Positions 10,636 through 19,900 of a stretch of 64,000 nucleotides of DNA are shown here, one piece after another. The DNA lies in IMG/VR virus record IMGVR_UViG_3300009448_000011, positions 41,688-105,687 of that record, one strand, 5' to 3'. Origin of the DNA: a virus. How positions within the stretch are numbered: position 1 is the first letter of the stretch; every line of letters starts with the position of its first letter. The notes beneath the pieces were generated by a model, which had not been told where the DNA came from, made no database searches, and saw nothing but the letters and a program-made list of their open reading frames with translations. The position numbers and the translations under genes were made by a program.

Positions 10636-11463
10636 TTAATTTAGATTAAATAAATTACGAACAGTAGAAACAGTTAAGTTTGAATAATTATGTACTACAT
10701 AATCAAAAATAAATACAGCTTCTTGTATTCTTATTTTTCCTTTATAGAACGCATCTTTAAAAATCATGTAATATAAAAGTAATTGAGGAGCATAAGTTTC
10801 GAGACTTTTAAAAACCTGAGAATTATTATGAGGGCCTCGTATAAAAAGTAGAAACAAATCAGTTGTGTTTATATGTAATAAATACTTTTTAGAATCAGTG
10901 GCATACATATTTAATAAATAAGTTTTAGAAGCATCGCTTGTTTTATTATATAGAAAATCCAAATCTGGAATAGAAAATTTTTTATTACCTCGTTCTTGAT
11001 AAAGAAAAAATAAATAACGAACTTCATTTTTCCATTTAGTAGGATTAGAGTTAAATTTTTTTATACAATATTCTGACCAAAAATAAGGCCAAGCATCTAT
11101 ATCTAAAATAGAAGACACACATAAAATTTCATGTTGATATTGCAGAGGACATAAAGAAAATTCTGTTACCCCTTCTAACTCTAAAAATCGTTTATATACC
11201 TTAGTATTTTTAATTATTAAATACGTTTTATTATTCTTATTTTGCCTATACTCTTTTTTTAATATTTCTTCTCCTTCATAATTAACAATATAAATAGTCA
11301 TATTAAGTTCTCCTAAAGAATCATAAGAAACACTATTAAGGAGAGTATTAGAAATATGTAGTAGAGAATTAGTAGTAGAAAAAGAGAGTAATTTTTGTTC
11401 TACATTAGTATTAAGAATATGATATTTTACAAGATTAAAAGGAGAATTACTAATTATTAACAT
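10636..11463 (-). CDS. Hypothetical protein (possible clamp-loader small subunit)
   Basis: Overlaps the 3' end of the clamp-loader gene; function inferred from position only. Confidence 0.3.
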   Translation of the reverse strand: MLIISNSPFNLVKYHILNTNVEQKLLSFSTTNSLLHISNTLLNSVSYDSLGELNMTIYIVNYEGEEILKKEYRQNKNNKTYLIIKNTKVYKRFLELEGVTEFSLCPLQYQHEILCVSSILDIDAWPYFWSEYCIKKFNSNPTKWKNEVRYLFFLYQERGNKKFSIPDLDFLYNKTSDASKTYLLNMYATDSKKYLLHINTTDLFLLFIRGPHNNSQVFKSLETYAPQLLLYYMIFKDAFYKGKIRIQEAVFIFDYVVHNYSNLTVSTVRNLFNLN

Positions 11464-12694
11464 AATACTTTAGATATTCCGACCAAGTAGTAAAAGAAAA
11501 ATTAGCCATTTTAATTGGCTTTGAAGTTAAAGGTTTTCCAACCAATTTTTCTAATTGAGAAGTAACTAGTTTACTAACTTTTACTACATTTAAACTTTGA
11601 GGTGGAGATTGAGATTGAGATTGATTTAAAGATTGAGATTGAGATTGAGATTGAGATTGAGATGAAAGAGATAATAAACATTTACCTTGATAAAGTTTAA
11701 AAATAGAAACAACAGGAATTTTATAAGAAGATTGAAGCCAAAAAGACAAAGAACTAAGAAAGTGAATACCTTCGAGATTCAAATTTTGAGAAACCAAAAA
11801 GGATAAAAAATAAGAAATAGCAACTTCTTCATTAGTTAAAATAGTTTTAAAAAAAGAAGAGGTATTATCCCAAGAGTTAGATTGAAGACTAAGAAGTAAA
11901 GAGTGACAAGATTCAAGATTCAAGCCGCCTAATTTTTCAGAAGAAATATGAGAAGGAGTTAAGAGAGAAAGAGAGCCTTCAGATTTAGTAATAAAATACT
12001 GTAAAGTTTGCCAAGCTTTTCTAACATTACCGTTAGACAAATAGGCGATTAAATCAGCACAAGAAGGATGAAGATCCGAATAAAAAAATTGAAGTTTAGA
12101 ACTAATAGAAGAAGAAGAAATAGGAGATAAAGAAAGTTCAATACAGCGACTTTCGATAGCCTCTCTAACGATAGAATCCATTTTATCTAAATCCATAGAA
12201 ATCAAAATAACGGTAACATTATCAAGAGCAAATTCTAAGGAATCAAGAAAGGGGCTAATAGATTGACGAGAAGCAGATTGAACTTCATCAATAATAATAA
12301 ATCTACGATTATTATCATGTCTAACATTATCATGAGTTAAAACTGTAGTAGATTTAGTAAGACTAATTAAATCAGAAACAGCTTCCTTAAACACTGAAGC
12401 TTCTGTAATAGAATAATAAGTAATATTAGGATGTTGATTTTTATGTATGGTTTTAGAACAAGAAGAACAGTGATTACAAGGTTGAAAATCGTGTTCTAAA
12501 CGTTGTTCACAAAGAGTAGCTTTAACATAGAGTTGAGCAATAGTAGTTTTACCTGAGCCACTACCGCCACTAATAATCAAGCCACTAGGATGTTTATTAG
12601 TTTTAATAACAGATTTCAAATAATTAGCGGCGCCATCTTGTTCTAGATATTCATCCCAAGTAGAGGGACGATAGTCATTAATAGAGTTAGTCAT
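11450..12694 (-). CDS. Clamp loader AAA+ subunit (DnaX gamma/tau-like)
   Basis: YRPSTWDEY, GGSGSGKTT, C..PCNHCSSC zinc module, IIDEVQ, SRC motif. Confidence 0.85.
   Translation of the reverse strand: MTNSINDYRPSTWDEYLEQDGAANYLKSVIKTNKHPSGLIISGGSGSGKTTIAQLYVKATLCEQRLEHDFQPCNHCSSCSKTIHKNQHPNITYYSITEASVFKEAVSDLISLTKSTTVLTHDNVRHDNNRRFIIIDEVQSASRQSISPFLDSLEFALDNVTVILISMDLDKMDSIVREAIESRCIELSLSPISSSSISSKLQFFYSDLHPSCADLIAYLSNGNVRKAWQTLQYFITKSEGSLSLLTPSHISSEKLGGLNLESCHSLLLSLQSNSWDNTSSFFKTILTNEEVAISYFLSFLVSQNLNLEGIHFLSSLSFWLQSSYKIPVVSIFKLYQGKCLLSLSSQSQSQSQSQSLNQSQSQSPPQSLNVVKVSKLVTSQLEKLVGKPLTSKPIKMANFSFTTWSEYLKYYVNN
11605..11662. repeat. (GAGATT)n hexamer repeat encoding a Ser-Gln linker
   Basis: Tandem gagatt units. 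Confidence 0.8.
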
Positions 12695-13491
12695 AAAGTT
12701 TCTTTTAAACCCATTACATTATTATAATTTGTAACAACCAATTTTTTAATTAAGATCATATCTTGATTCCAATGCCAAGTAGGAGAGCCCACAATAACAG
12801 GTTTAATAGGTTTAGTAGATTGAACAGAGAGTTTACCTTTTAGATTTAGGCTACTAGAAGAAATGTCCATAGCAGTATAGCGAGAGATGTCGAGAGGATT
12901 AAAAGTAATTAAAGTAGGGTGAGTAGAATTATAAGTAAAGACGGTACGACGACTAGAATAGAGTTTTTGATTGGGATGTAATAATTTAGCAGCTTCAGTG
13001 CCACAAAGTAAAATAGGGCAAGTAGGATTATATTTAGAAATAACATTTATTTCTTTTTCGAGCCATTTTATTTTACAAGAGCGAATATAGTGATCTTTAA
13101 TATCAACTTTATCGCCTCTAGAATCAAAAGGACTGCATTTAAGTATATTAGTAAAAGCAATTTTATCATAGAAAGGTTTTAAAGTTTGTGGAAAATGAAC
13201 ATCCCAATCAAAATGAAAGATAGTAGAATATTGAAAAAAGCGGCCGGCATTAGGCTTATCTATAGATTCTGTTTTAAGATTAGGAGCAAAACTAAAACCC
13301 TTTTTAAGTTCTTCTCGAGAAGGAAAAGGAGCAATAATAATTAAATTAACATTAGAAAGGCCGCCAAAAGTATGACCACCGATTGCGGAGCCACAAGAAA
13401 GAGCACAATTATTACAATTAGAATCAAAATCTGGTAATAGTCTATAAACTCTTTTAGAAGGAGGAGAAGAAGGCAAGTGACCTTTAAGCAT
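12691..13491 (-). CDS. Uracil-DNA glycosylase family 4-like protein
   Basis: CNNCAL Fe-S motif, PSREE, AG, FTNILKC, WLEKEI, LCGTEA. Confidence 0.6.
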   Translation of the reverse strand: MLKGHLPSSPPSKRVYRLLPDFDSNCNNCALSCGSAIGGHTFGGLSNVNLIIIAPFPSREELKKGFSFAPNLKTESIDKPNAGRFFQYSTIFHFDWDVHFPQTLKPFYDKIAFTNILKCSPFDSRGDKVDIKDHYIRSCKIKWLEKEINVISKYNPTCPILLCGTEAAKLLHPNQKLYSSRRTVFTYNSTHPTLITFNPLDISRYTAMDISSSSLNLKGKLSVQSTKPIKPVIVGSPTWHWNQDMILIKKLVVTNYNNVMGLKETL

Positions 13492-13502
13492 AAATAATAG
13501 AA

Positions 13503-13892
13503 TCAGACATATTGTTTAAAAACAGAGGAATTTACTTCAAACAAATCAATAAAAGAAGTTTGTAAGACAACTAAATTAGCAATAGGAAAAAGAGGGTCAA
13601 GAGTAAGAGGTTGTGTAGATAGCAAAGAGAGAGACAAAGAAGTAGATTGTTTAGGGGCAACAACTTGACAAGAATCGACAATAGAACAAAGAGGTAAAAG
13701 AGGTAAAAGAGTATATAACAAAGTAATAGGGGATTCACTATAAAGAAGAACGCCTAAATCTAAAGTAGTAATTAAATTTGGAGATAAAGTAAGAGAAAAA
13801 GGAGAATAGACTTTATAGCCAGTAGGCAGACAAAATTCTAACTGACTATTATGGCTAGAAATTGTTTTAGTAAAAATTATTTTATTTATCAT
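13503..13892 (-). CDS. Degenerate trimeric dUTPase-like protein (start moved to 13892)
   Basis: LSPNLITTLDLGV, IVDS and PIANLVV resemble the dUTPase fold; the moved start removes the overlap with the HNH gene. Confidence 0.45.
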   Translation of the reverse strand: MINKIIFTKTISSHNSQLEFCLPTGYKVYSPFSLTLSPNLITTLDLGVLLYSESPITLLYTLLPLLPLCSIVDSCQVVAPKQSTSLSLSLLSTQPLTLDPLFPIANLVVLQTSFIDLFEVNSSVFKQYV

Positions 13893-13905
13893 AGTTGTAA
13901 AAGAA

Positions 13906-14508
13906 TCACAAAAATTTAAGAGACATATTAAAAATAAGTTTGGATTGTTGAAAAGGAAGATTAAGCAACAATTCTTTAAACAAATCGGCCCCAAAGTTTT
14001 GACTAGTGGCCTTAATAGATCTGATGAGAAGTTCACAAAAGTTCCCAACGCCAAACAAATTAACGCGATCAATATCAAATTTAACTTCTGCGTTATGGTA
14101 GTAGGCACTAGTAGAACAGCAAACAGAAGTAATATCAGCGATAACTTTGTTATTTGTGGGGGTAGTATACCAAAGATTGGAAATATGATTATCAGAAGGA
14201 TTGTGATTTAAGTGATGAACTTCCACAGAACCTTTCAAAATCTTATGACCAAAATAGAGTTTTTTCCAACCTTTCCAGACATATAGAACTACTTGATGCA
14301 TGCCCACAATTTGTTTTTTCTTGTTTGAGGCATGTAGTTTAAAGAAACAAGCATTTTTCAACAATTTAAACAAGGCTGGATTTTGGGTTTGAGTTAAAAA
14401 CTTATAGCCATTTTTGTTAACAAAAAACCTAGCAGAAGGCAACAAAGTTTTAATTTTCTCTAATTTAACTTTGAGACTTTTTATACTTTGATTGTTAAAT
14501 TGTTCCAT
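13906..14508 (-). CDS. HNH endonuclease (copy 1)
   Basis: MHQVV...EVHHLNHNPSDNHISNL. Confidence 0.85.
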   Translation of the reverse strand: MEQFNNQSIKSLKVKLEKIKTLLPSARFFVNKNGYKFLTQTQNPALFKLLKNACFFKLHASNKKKQIVGMHQVVLYVWKGWKKLYFGHKILKGSVEVHHLNHNPSDNHISNLWYTTPTNNKVIADITSVCCSTSAYYHNAEVKFDIDRVNLFGVGNFCELLIRSIKATSQNFGADLFKELLLNLPFQQSKLIFNMSLKFL

Positions 14509-14547
14509 GATTTTTTATTATTTTTATTATTTTAATTATTTTAATTA

Positions 14548-14866
14548 AAAAATAAAAGCAATCAGAAATAGATCTAATTGCTTTTAAAGTAGTATTAAGT
14601 GCGCCTTTAACTGTATTTTAATAATTCGGATAGTCACAGTAAAACTATCTATGCTTTCCTACTGCACAACCATTTAAACAAAACTTTTAAAAAAAGTAAA
14701 ATCTAAGGGGCTCTGGACTAGGTGATGGGTGCCTATCCCTTCTGATGATTAAAGTCGAGTCTTCTAGACAGATATTTAATTTTAAGGTAACAAGTAAAGG
14801 CTAAGATTAATATCTATACTCCTAATCAGGACAATATAGATATTAATCTTAGAAATATTATAACAT
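14548..14866 (-). ncRNA. Candidate structured ncRNA or leader upstream of the HNH gene
   Basis: Extended -10 TGTTATAAT near 14865-14857, perfect 18-bp inverted repeat (14801-14818/14835-14852), GC-richer core, terminal hairpin with U tract. Confidence 0.35.
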
Positions 14867-14880
14867 AAAATTACTTAAAA

Positions 14881-16053
14881 TTAACAATTAGCCTCATAAA
14901 TAATAACATCACTAGAGACGTCATCTTGTTTATGAGAACACAAATGAATAACTTTAATAGGAGTTGAGTTTTTAACATCAATTTTTTTAATATTAATTTG
15001 AACAGTATCAAGAGGAAGAATTTTATGTTTAGGGCCACCCATAGCGCGAAGAGCTTTAATAATATGGCCAACAGAAAGATTAATTTTCTCAAAAATACCT
15101 TGAGTAGAAACTTTCAAAGAAGAAGGAATAATAATATTACTTTTACTACTATCAATTTTAATATGAAATTGGGAGAGTTCGAGATCAACTTCAAAGTTAA
15201 TAATATTAGTTTCAGTAGAATCATAACTTTGCCATTTAATACTTTCAGTAATATCTTCATATTCGACTTGAATAAAGGAATTACAAGGTTGAGAAATAAT
15301 AGTATCAACTTTAAGAACAATATTATTAGGAGAATTATCAACTATAAAACACATTTCGCCTTCATTAGAATAAAACTTAAGAGAGTTAAGAGAAGAGCTA
15401 AAAGAAAGCATTACCTGATCGCCGAGGAGAGGAATAATACGAAGAAGAGCGGGTCTAATAGCGCCTTTAAAATGGCCAGTACTATTAGTAGAAGTAATAG
15501 ATTTATAGCGAATATAGCTAGTTTCAGTAAATTGAACATACATAAAGATAGTAGAAGAATTAGTAGTAACAAATATTTCTCTATCATTATAAGAATTAGC
15601 ACAAGCAATAGGAATCAAGTCCAAGAAATAAGAAAGAGAGGGACAAATATCGACATAAGAAAGAGGATCAAATAATTTATCAGAAAGAAGACTATCTTGA
15701 CTAAAATATTGATTATCAACAATAGAGCCAAAAGGTTTCATTTCATAATGTAAAAGATTATTATTACTAGAGATTTCCAAGCCATATTTAGGATTAAGCT
15801 TAGCAGTCATTGCTTTTAATTTATTAGAGAGAACAATTTGGCGACCTTCTTCAACAATATCAACTAAAAGTTTCAATTTAACAGAATGACTAGTCAAATC
15901 AACAGTAGTAATTTCGAGAGTCCCTTCCGCTTTATTTGTTTTTAACTCAATACATTGTTCCACACTATTAAGTTGTTTTCTTATACTAGGAATCGAGCAA
16001 ATAGCATTAATGATTTTTTTATAATCAGCTATATTTTCTATTCTAACTTTCAT
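14881..16053 (-). CDS. Sliding clamp (DnaN beta-like)
   Basis: 390 aa; N-terminus LEITTVDLTSH..VEEG; located near the clamp loader. Confidence 0.55.
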   Translation of the reverse strand: MKVRIENIADYKKIINAICSIPSIRKQLNSVEQCIELKTNKAEGTLEITTVDLTSHSVKLKLLVDIVEEGRQIVLSNKLKAMTAKLNPKYGLEISSNNNLLHYEMKPFGSIVDNQYFSQDSLLSDKLFDPLSYVDICPSLSYFLDLIPIACANSYNDREIFVTTNSSTIFMYVQFTETSYIRYKSITSTNSTGHFKGAIRPALLRIIPLLGDQVMLSFSSSLNSLKFYSNEGEMCFIVDNSPNNIVLKVDTIISQPCNSFIQVEYEDITESIKWQSYDSTETNIINFEVDLELSQFHIKIDSSKSNIIIPSSLKVSTQGIFEKINLSVGHIIKALRAMGGPKHKILPLDTVQINIKKIDVKNSTPIKVIHLCSHKQDDVSSDVIIYEANC

Positions 16054-16093
16054 AATATTATTTATATTCTTTATTATTAATAATCAATTACAT

Positions 16094-16123
16094 TTGACAT
16101 ACTAAGTTATGGTATGTTATACT
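16094..16123 (+). promoter_or_regulatory. Sigma70-type promoter of cassette copy 1
   Basis: TTGACA-18 nt-TATACT with extended -10 TG. Confidence 0.7.
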
Positions 16124-16147
16124 TTAAAAAAGGAAAAAGAGAATAGA

Positions 16148-16732
16148 ATGAATTTAGAAACTTGTCAAAACTTAAGCTTGATAATAGAAAAAGACCAAAC
16201 AATTGAAGTAATTGAAATTTGGGCAAAAGTATTATATATAAGAAGAAGCAAAGGAAGAAATTCATTTTATTCGAAGAAAGGAATAACAAAAGAAACAGAA
16301 GGAATATTTTGTAATAACTTAAAAGTTTCAGAAAATTATAAAAGCCTTTTTAAAAAATACCACCCCGATTTAAACAAAGGAAAAGAAAGTTATGTTGACA
16401 TTTCAAAAAACATTAATAGATGGAAAAACTTATTACTTGAGAGTGGACAAAGAGAGTTTGATCAACAATTATATACAGAGCTTATTGAGTTTTGTGGACC
16501 ACTCACATCCATTTTCACTATTGGAACCAGAGCAAGTTTTATCGCAAAACAAACGTGCGGATCTATCAACATCCCTCAATTTAGTTCTGAACAGGAATTT
16601 GTTGAGTGGAAAGCAGCGCCAAAGCAAGTTGCTTCCAGGCAAGCGTTCCTTGATAGCCAACTTACTAGAGCTCAAATCATCAAAAAGTACGGTAAATCCT
16701 ACTATGATTATGAAAGAGATCTTCCTTTTTAA
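16148..16732 (+). CDS. Cassette ORF-A copy 1 (IEIW domain, partial J-domain, PF tail)
   Basis: MNLETCQNL aligns with the other copies; YKSLFKKYHPDLNKG; ends ERDLPF. Confidence 0.75.
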   Translation: MNLETCQNLSLIIEKDQTIEVIEIWAKVLYIRRSKGRNSFYSKKGITKETEGIFCNNLKVSENYKSLFKKYHPDLNKGKESYVDISKNINRWKNLLLESGQREFDQQLYTELIEFCGPLTSIFTIGTRASFIAKQTCGSINIPQFSSEQEFVEWKAAPKQVASRQAFLDSQLTRAQIIKKYGKSYYDYERDLPF

Positions 16733-17138
16733 TCCTGACCAGGACACTATAATACGTCCTTACGGATTAGAAAAAAATCAAATGTATAGTAATTATATGC
16801 CAACGGGCAAAGAAAGCAAAAATTATTTAAGGAGTTACATTAATAAAGCAGAATCTTTAGGGATCAAAGTCAAAGCTTTCAATTTTAACATTTGCGGTCC
16901 TGTTGTCACACAAGAAGCTATTGAATTCGCCAATTACATGAATATTGCAATTAAAGAATTAAATGGAGTGAAAATACAAATCAATGTATTCACTTTGGAA
17001 CAATTAATCAAAGAATTAATGACAAATATAAATGGAAACAAATGGTTCATCACTTCGCAAGTTCCAAGTATATGCTGGGGAAAAGATCAGGTACAATATT
17101 TAATTTCAGAAAAAAAAGCTATATTAACAGAAAGTTAA
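16392..17138 (+). CDS. Cassette ORF-B copy 1, PD-(D/E)XK endonuclease (free-standing)
   Basis: E...EPEQ..KRADL...LLELK; homologous to the three other copies. Confidence 0.7.
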   Translation: MLTFQKTLIDGKTYYLRVDKESLINNYIQSLLSFVDHSHPFSLLEPEQVLSQNKRADLSTSLNLVLNRNLLSGKQRQSKLLPGKRSLIANLLELKSSKSTVNPTMIMKEIFLFNPDQDTIIRPYGLEKNQMYSNYMPTGKESKNYLRSYINKAESLGIKVKAFNFNICGPVVTQEAIEFANYMNIAIKELNGVKIQINVFTLEQLIKELMTNINGNKWFITSQVPSICWGKDQVQYLISEKKAILTES

Positions 17139-17222
17139 CGTTCTGATTCATCTATTCCTTCAGACTTATCAATTTTATTCATTTCGCCCCAAAGACCATC
17201 TAAATTTTCTTCATCAGAACCC

Positions 17223-17696
17223 TCATTGTTCTGATGATTCTTTTTTTTTCTCAACCTTACTAAAGTCTTCAGTTACAGTATTAAAAATTTTAATAATAGC
17301 TTGTTTTTCTTGTAGAAACTTCATTAAGGCACTTGTTAGTGAAGTATTACATTCACTAACAACATGCATAGAATATTCAAGATAAAGATCATCAGGGTTC
17401 AAAGAACTAAGAGAAAGAATACCTTCAAGACCAGGCTGAACACTCATAATAATATTAATCAAAAAATCGGGGCTTATAAAAAGAGGAACTTCTATAGGCA
17501 AAACAATACGAATTAAATGATTAGATAAAGGATAAATTTGAGAAAAACCGTACGAAGTTTCTCCTTCAATTAACCACCCTTTATCTTCTAAAAATTTAAC
17601 ATTACAAAATTCTAAATATTGAAATAATATTTTATTATTACGAATAGAAAGCATATATTCGTAAGGATTAAAATTAGGATTAGGAGTAGAAAGCAT
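17223..17696 (-). CDS. Hypothetical protein (may extend to 17135 by frameshift)
   Basis: ORF with an A9 run before the stop and an acidic continuation in the +1 frame. Confidence 0.55.
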   Translation of the reverse strand: MLSTPNPNFNPYEYMLSIRNNKILFQYLEFCNVKFLEDKGWLIEGETSYGFSQIYPLSNHLIRIVLPIEVPLFISPDFLINIIMSVQPGLEGILSLSSLNPDDLYLEYSMHVVSECNTSLTSALMKFLQEKQAIIKIFNTVTEDFSKVEKKKESSEQ

Positions 17697-17719
17697 ATAT
17701 TCGTAAGGATTAAAATTAG
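17645..17719. repeat. 33-bp direct repeat (42-bp period)
   Basis: tagaaagcatatattcgtaaggattaaaattag at 17645-17677 and 17687-17719. Confidence 0.85.
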
Positions 17720-17751
17720 TTTTAAAAAAATTGACTTTTTGTTATTTTGAT

Positions 17752-19306
17752 TTACCTAAAATAGCAGAATGCCCCCATCAGAACGGTACTCCGTTTGGTG
17801 GCGGGATGAATGCGAGTGAGGCGACGATTGCCTGTCCTCCTTCCGAGATCTACCGATTGTCGGGATTGTCGGACAGGCATAAGGAGACGAACAAATTCAT
17901 TGCTTATTCAATGTTTTATCTGAGTTTTTCTGGATAAAATTATGCTATCATAGTTTCATGATAGTTAGAGAAGCCAAGCTAAAATACGGTACAGCAGAGC
18001 AATATTCTGCCATTGATAAAGCCATCCGAACAGCACAGTTCATTCGGAACAAAGCCGTTCGCTATTGGATGGACAATCAAGGTACGAGTAAAGCCGATCT
18101 GTACAGTATCTGCAAAGACTTGGCTAAAGAGTTTGACTTTGCTAAAAAGCTTAACTCCGCTGCTCGTCAGGCTAGTGCTGAACGTGCTTGGGTTGCTATC
18201 TCTAGCTTCTACACCCGATGCAAAAAGCGGCTCACTCCAGTTGGGTCTCCCAACCATGGAAGTAAGACAAAACAAGGCGTAGGCAAGAAAGGTTTTCCAA
18301 AGTTTAAGAAACATTGTCGTTCTGTTGAGTATAAGGTTTCAGGATGGAAACTATCGAAAGATTGCAAATCGATCGCATTCACTGATGGTTTTGAGATTGG
18401 AACATTATCGATATTTTGCAACAATGAAACTCAAGAAGACTTGCATAGGCTGAAAATTAATCGTGTGCGGATCGTGCGGAGAGCAGACGGGTATTATGCC
18501 CAATTCTGTTTTGATGCAGATCGTAAAGAGCAAGGGGAATATTCAGGCAATGTTGTCGGATTGGATTTAGGGTTGAAGTTTTTCACCAAAGACCAAAACG
18601 ATAATGCTGTAATATATCCACAGTTCTTGAGAAAGGCCCAGATGCAACTCAAGAAAACTCAACGTCGATTAAGCAAGAAATTTGTGAAGGGTGCCAAACC
18701 CCAATCAAACAACTACCACAAGGCGCAAAAACAACTAGGAAGAATTCATCTCAAAATTCAACGCCAGCGAAAAGATTGGGCGATAAAAGCCGCCCGAAAC
18801 GTAGTGATATCTAACGATGTCGTGGTGTATGAAAATTTGAAGATTGCGAACATGGTCAAAAATCATCATTTGGCTAAGTCAATTTCCGATGCTGGTTGGT
18901 ATCAATACACTCAATGGCTGGACTACTATGGCAAGATTTGGGATAAAGCAGTTGTGGCAGTATCGCCAAACTATACGTCTCAAGATTGCTCTAATTGCGG
19001 TCATCGAGTGAAAAAGTCTCTTAGTACCAGAACGCACTCATGCCCCAACTGCAAAATTGAAATTTGTCGCGATACGAATGCGGCTTTGAATATCTTGCAC
19101 AAGGGATTGAACATTCTTGGTGTTGAGTGGGACAAAAACAGTACTTCTGGGCAAGAAGGATCTGCCTCTGAGAATGAGGGAAAGCGCGGGGAGAGATGTA
19201 CCTCTACAGTCGATGAGTAATTAAAGACTGCAAGTAATTCTCTGTGAACCGCGAATAAGAATCCCCCGCTATATCGGTACTTCGATTAGCGGCGGGAGTA
19301 TGTCAA
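17752..19306 (+). mobile_element. IS200/IS605-family tnpB-only element (IS1341-like)
   Basis: Preceded by TTGAT and ends in TCAA; related subterminal hairpins at about 17772-17805 and 19263-19296; GC visibly higher than the flanks. Confidence 0.85.
17958..19220 (+). CDS. tnpB: RNA-guided endonuclease TnpB
   Basis: RuvC motifs GLDLGL, VVYENL and RDTNAA; zinc finger CSNCG..CPNC; GFPKFKK. Confidence 0.93.
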   Translation: MIVREAKLKYGTAEQYSAIDKAIRTAQFIRNKAVRYWMDNQGTSKADLYSICKDLAKEFDFAKKLNSAARQASAERAWVAISSFYTRCKKRLTPVGSPNHGSKTKQGVGKKGFPKFKKHCRSVEYKVSGWKLSKDCKSIAFTDGFEIGTLSIFCNNETQEDLHRLKINRVRIVRRADGYYAQFCFDADRKEQGEYSGNVVGLDLGLKFFTKDQNDNAVIYPQFLRKAQMQLKKTQRRLSKKFVKGAKPQSNNYHKAQKQLGRIHLKIQRQRKDWAIKAARNVVISNDVVVYENLKIANMVKNHHLAKSISDAGWYQYTQWLDYYGKIWDKAVVAVSPNYTSQDCSNCGHRVKKSLSTRTHSCPNCKIEICRDTNAALNILHKGLNILGVEWDKNSTSGQEGSASENEGKRGERCTSTVDE

Positions 19307-19349
19307 AAAAAGTCAATGAAAAAAGTAAAAAAATTAATAGTTAAAAAAA

Positions 19350-19772
19350 TTAATAGTTAAAAATATCTATAGTTGTATTATTGTTAGTTCGTTTAAAGAT
19401 ATAACTATTATTTTGATAGAGGGTGTATTCTTTTAATTGAATACCAGGAGTGATCAAGTCATAATCAAAAGCAACAATAGCATAGCCAGTGCCATCATTA
19501 ATAGTCCAGGTTATATAGAACTTACTTTTCAAATATTGATCATAGCTAGTATCCATGTCGTAGTAGATACCGTAGGGGGTAGTATTTTCCAGGTAAATTT
19601 GGCTAGAAGAAGTAGCACAATAATTCGATTCTGTCAAACCCAACCACATATTATCGGGAGAACAAGTATTTTGAGAATTTGGCTCGGTTAATTGAAGTTC
19701 TGCAGAGGCAGAAGAACCGCTGATCAAAATACTTAAAATAACTACAATGCCGATTTTCAAATTATTAAACAT
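19350..19772 (-). CDS. Secreted hypothetical protein
   Basis: N-terminal signal-peptide-like segment. Confidence 0.55.
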   Translation of the reverse strand: MFNNLKIGIVVILSILISGSSASAELQLTEPNSQNTCSPDNMWLGLTESNYCATSSSQIYLENTTPYGIYYDMDTSYDQYLKSKFYITWTINDGTGYAIVAFDYDLITPGIQLKEYTLYQNNSYIFKRTNNNTTIDIFNY

Positions 19773-19900
19773 TATTTTTTTTATAGTAAATAGTGAATAT
19801 TAAATAAATTACATATTTTCAATTAAAGCAGCAAAATGTCCTCCTTCGGACTAGTATTCCAGTTAAAGGAGGGTAAGGAAGTAATGTTAACAATTTTTTT

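Noticed and set aside
13893-14108. Long overlap between the HNH gene and ORF 13503-14108
   Set aside because: A downstream ATG at 13892 gives a normal non-overlapping arrangement.
14700-14790. tmRNA or hammerhead ribozyme (GGGGCT... and CTGATGA on the + strand)
   Set aside because: No acceptor or T-arm 3' end was found, and there is no GAAA core after stem II.
14998-15675. 225-aa + strand ORF and similar antisense ORFs (1389, 13945, 34190, 59681 and others)
   Set aside because: They are shadow frames of minus-strand genes with strong purine/pyrimidine skew and show no motifs or expression signals.
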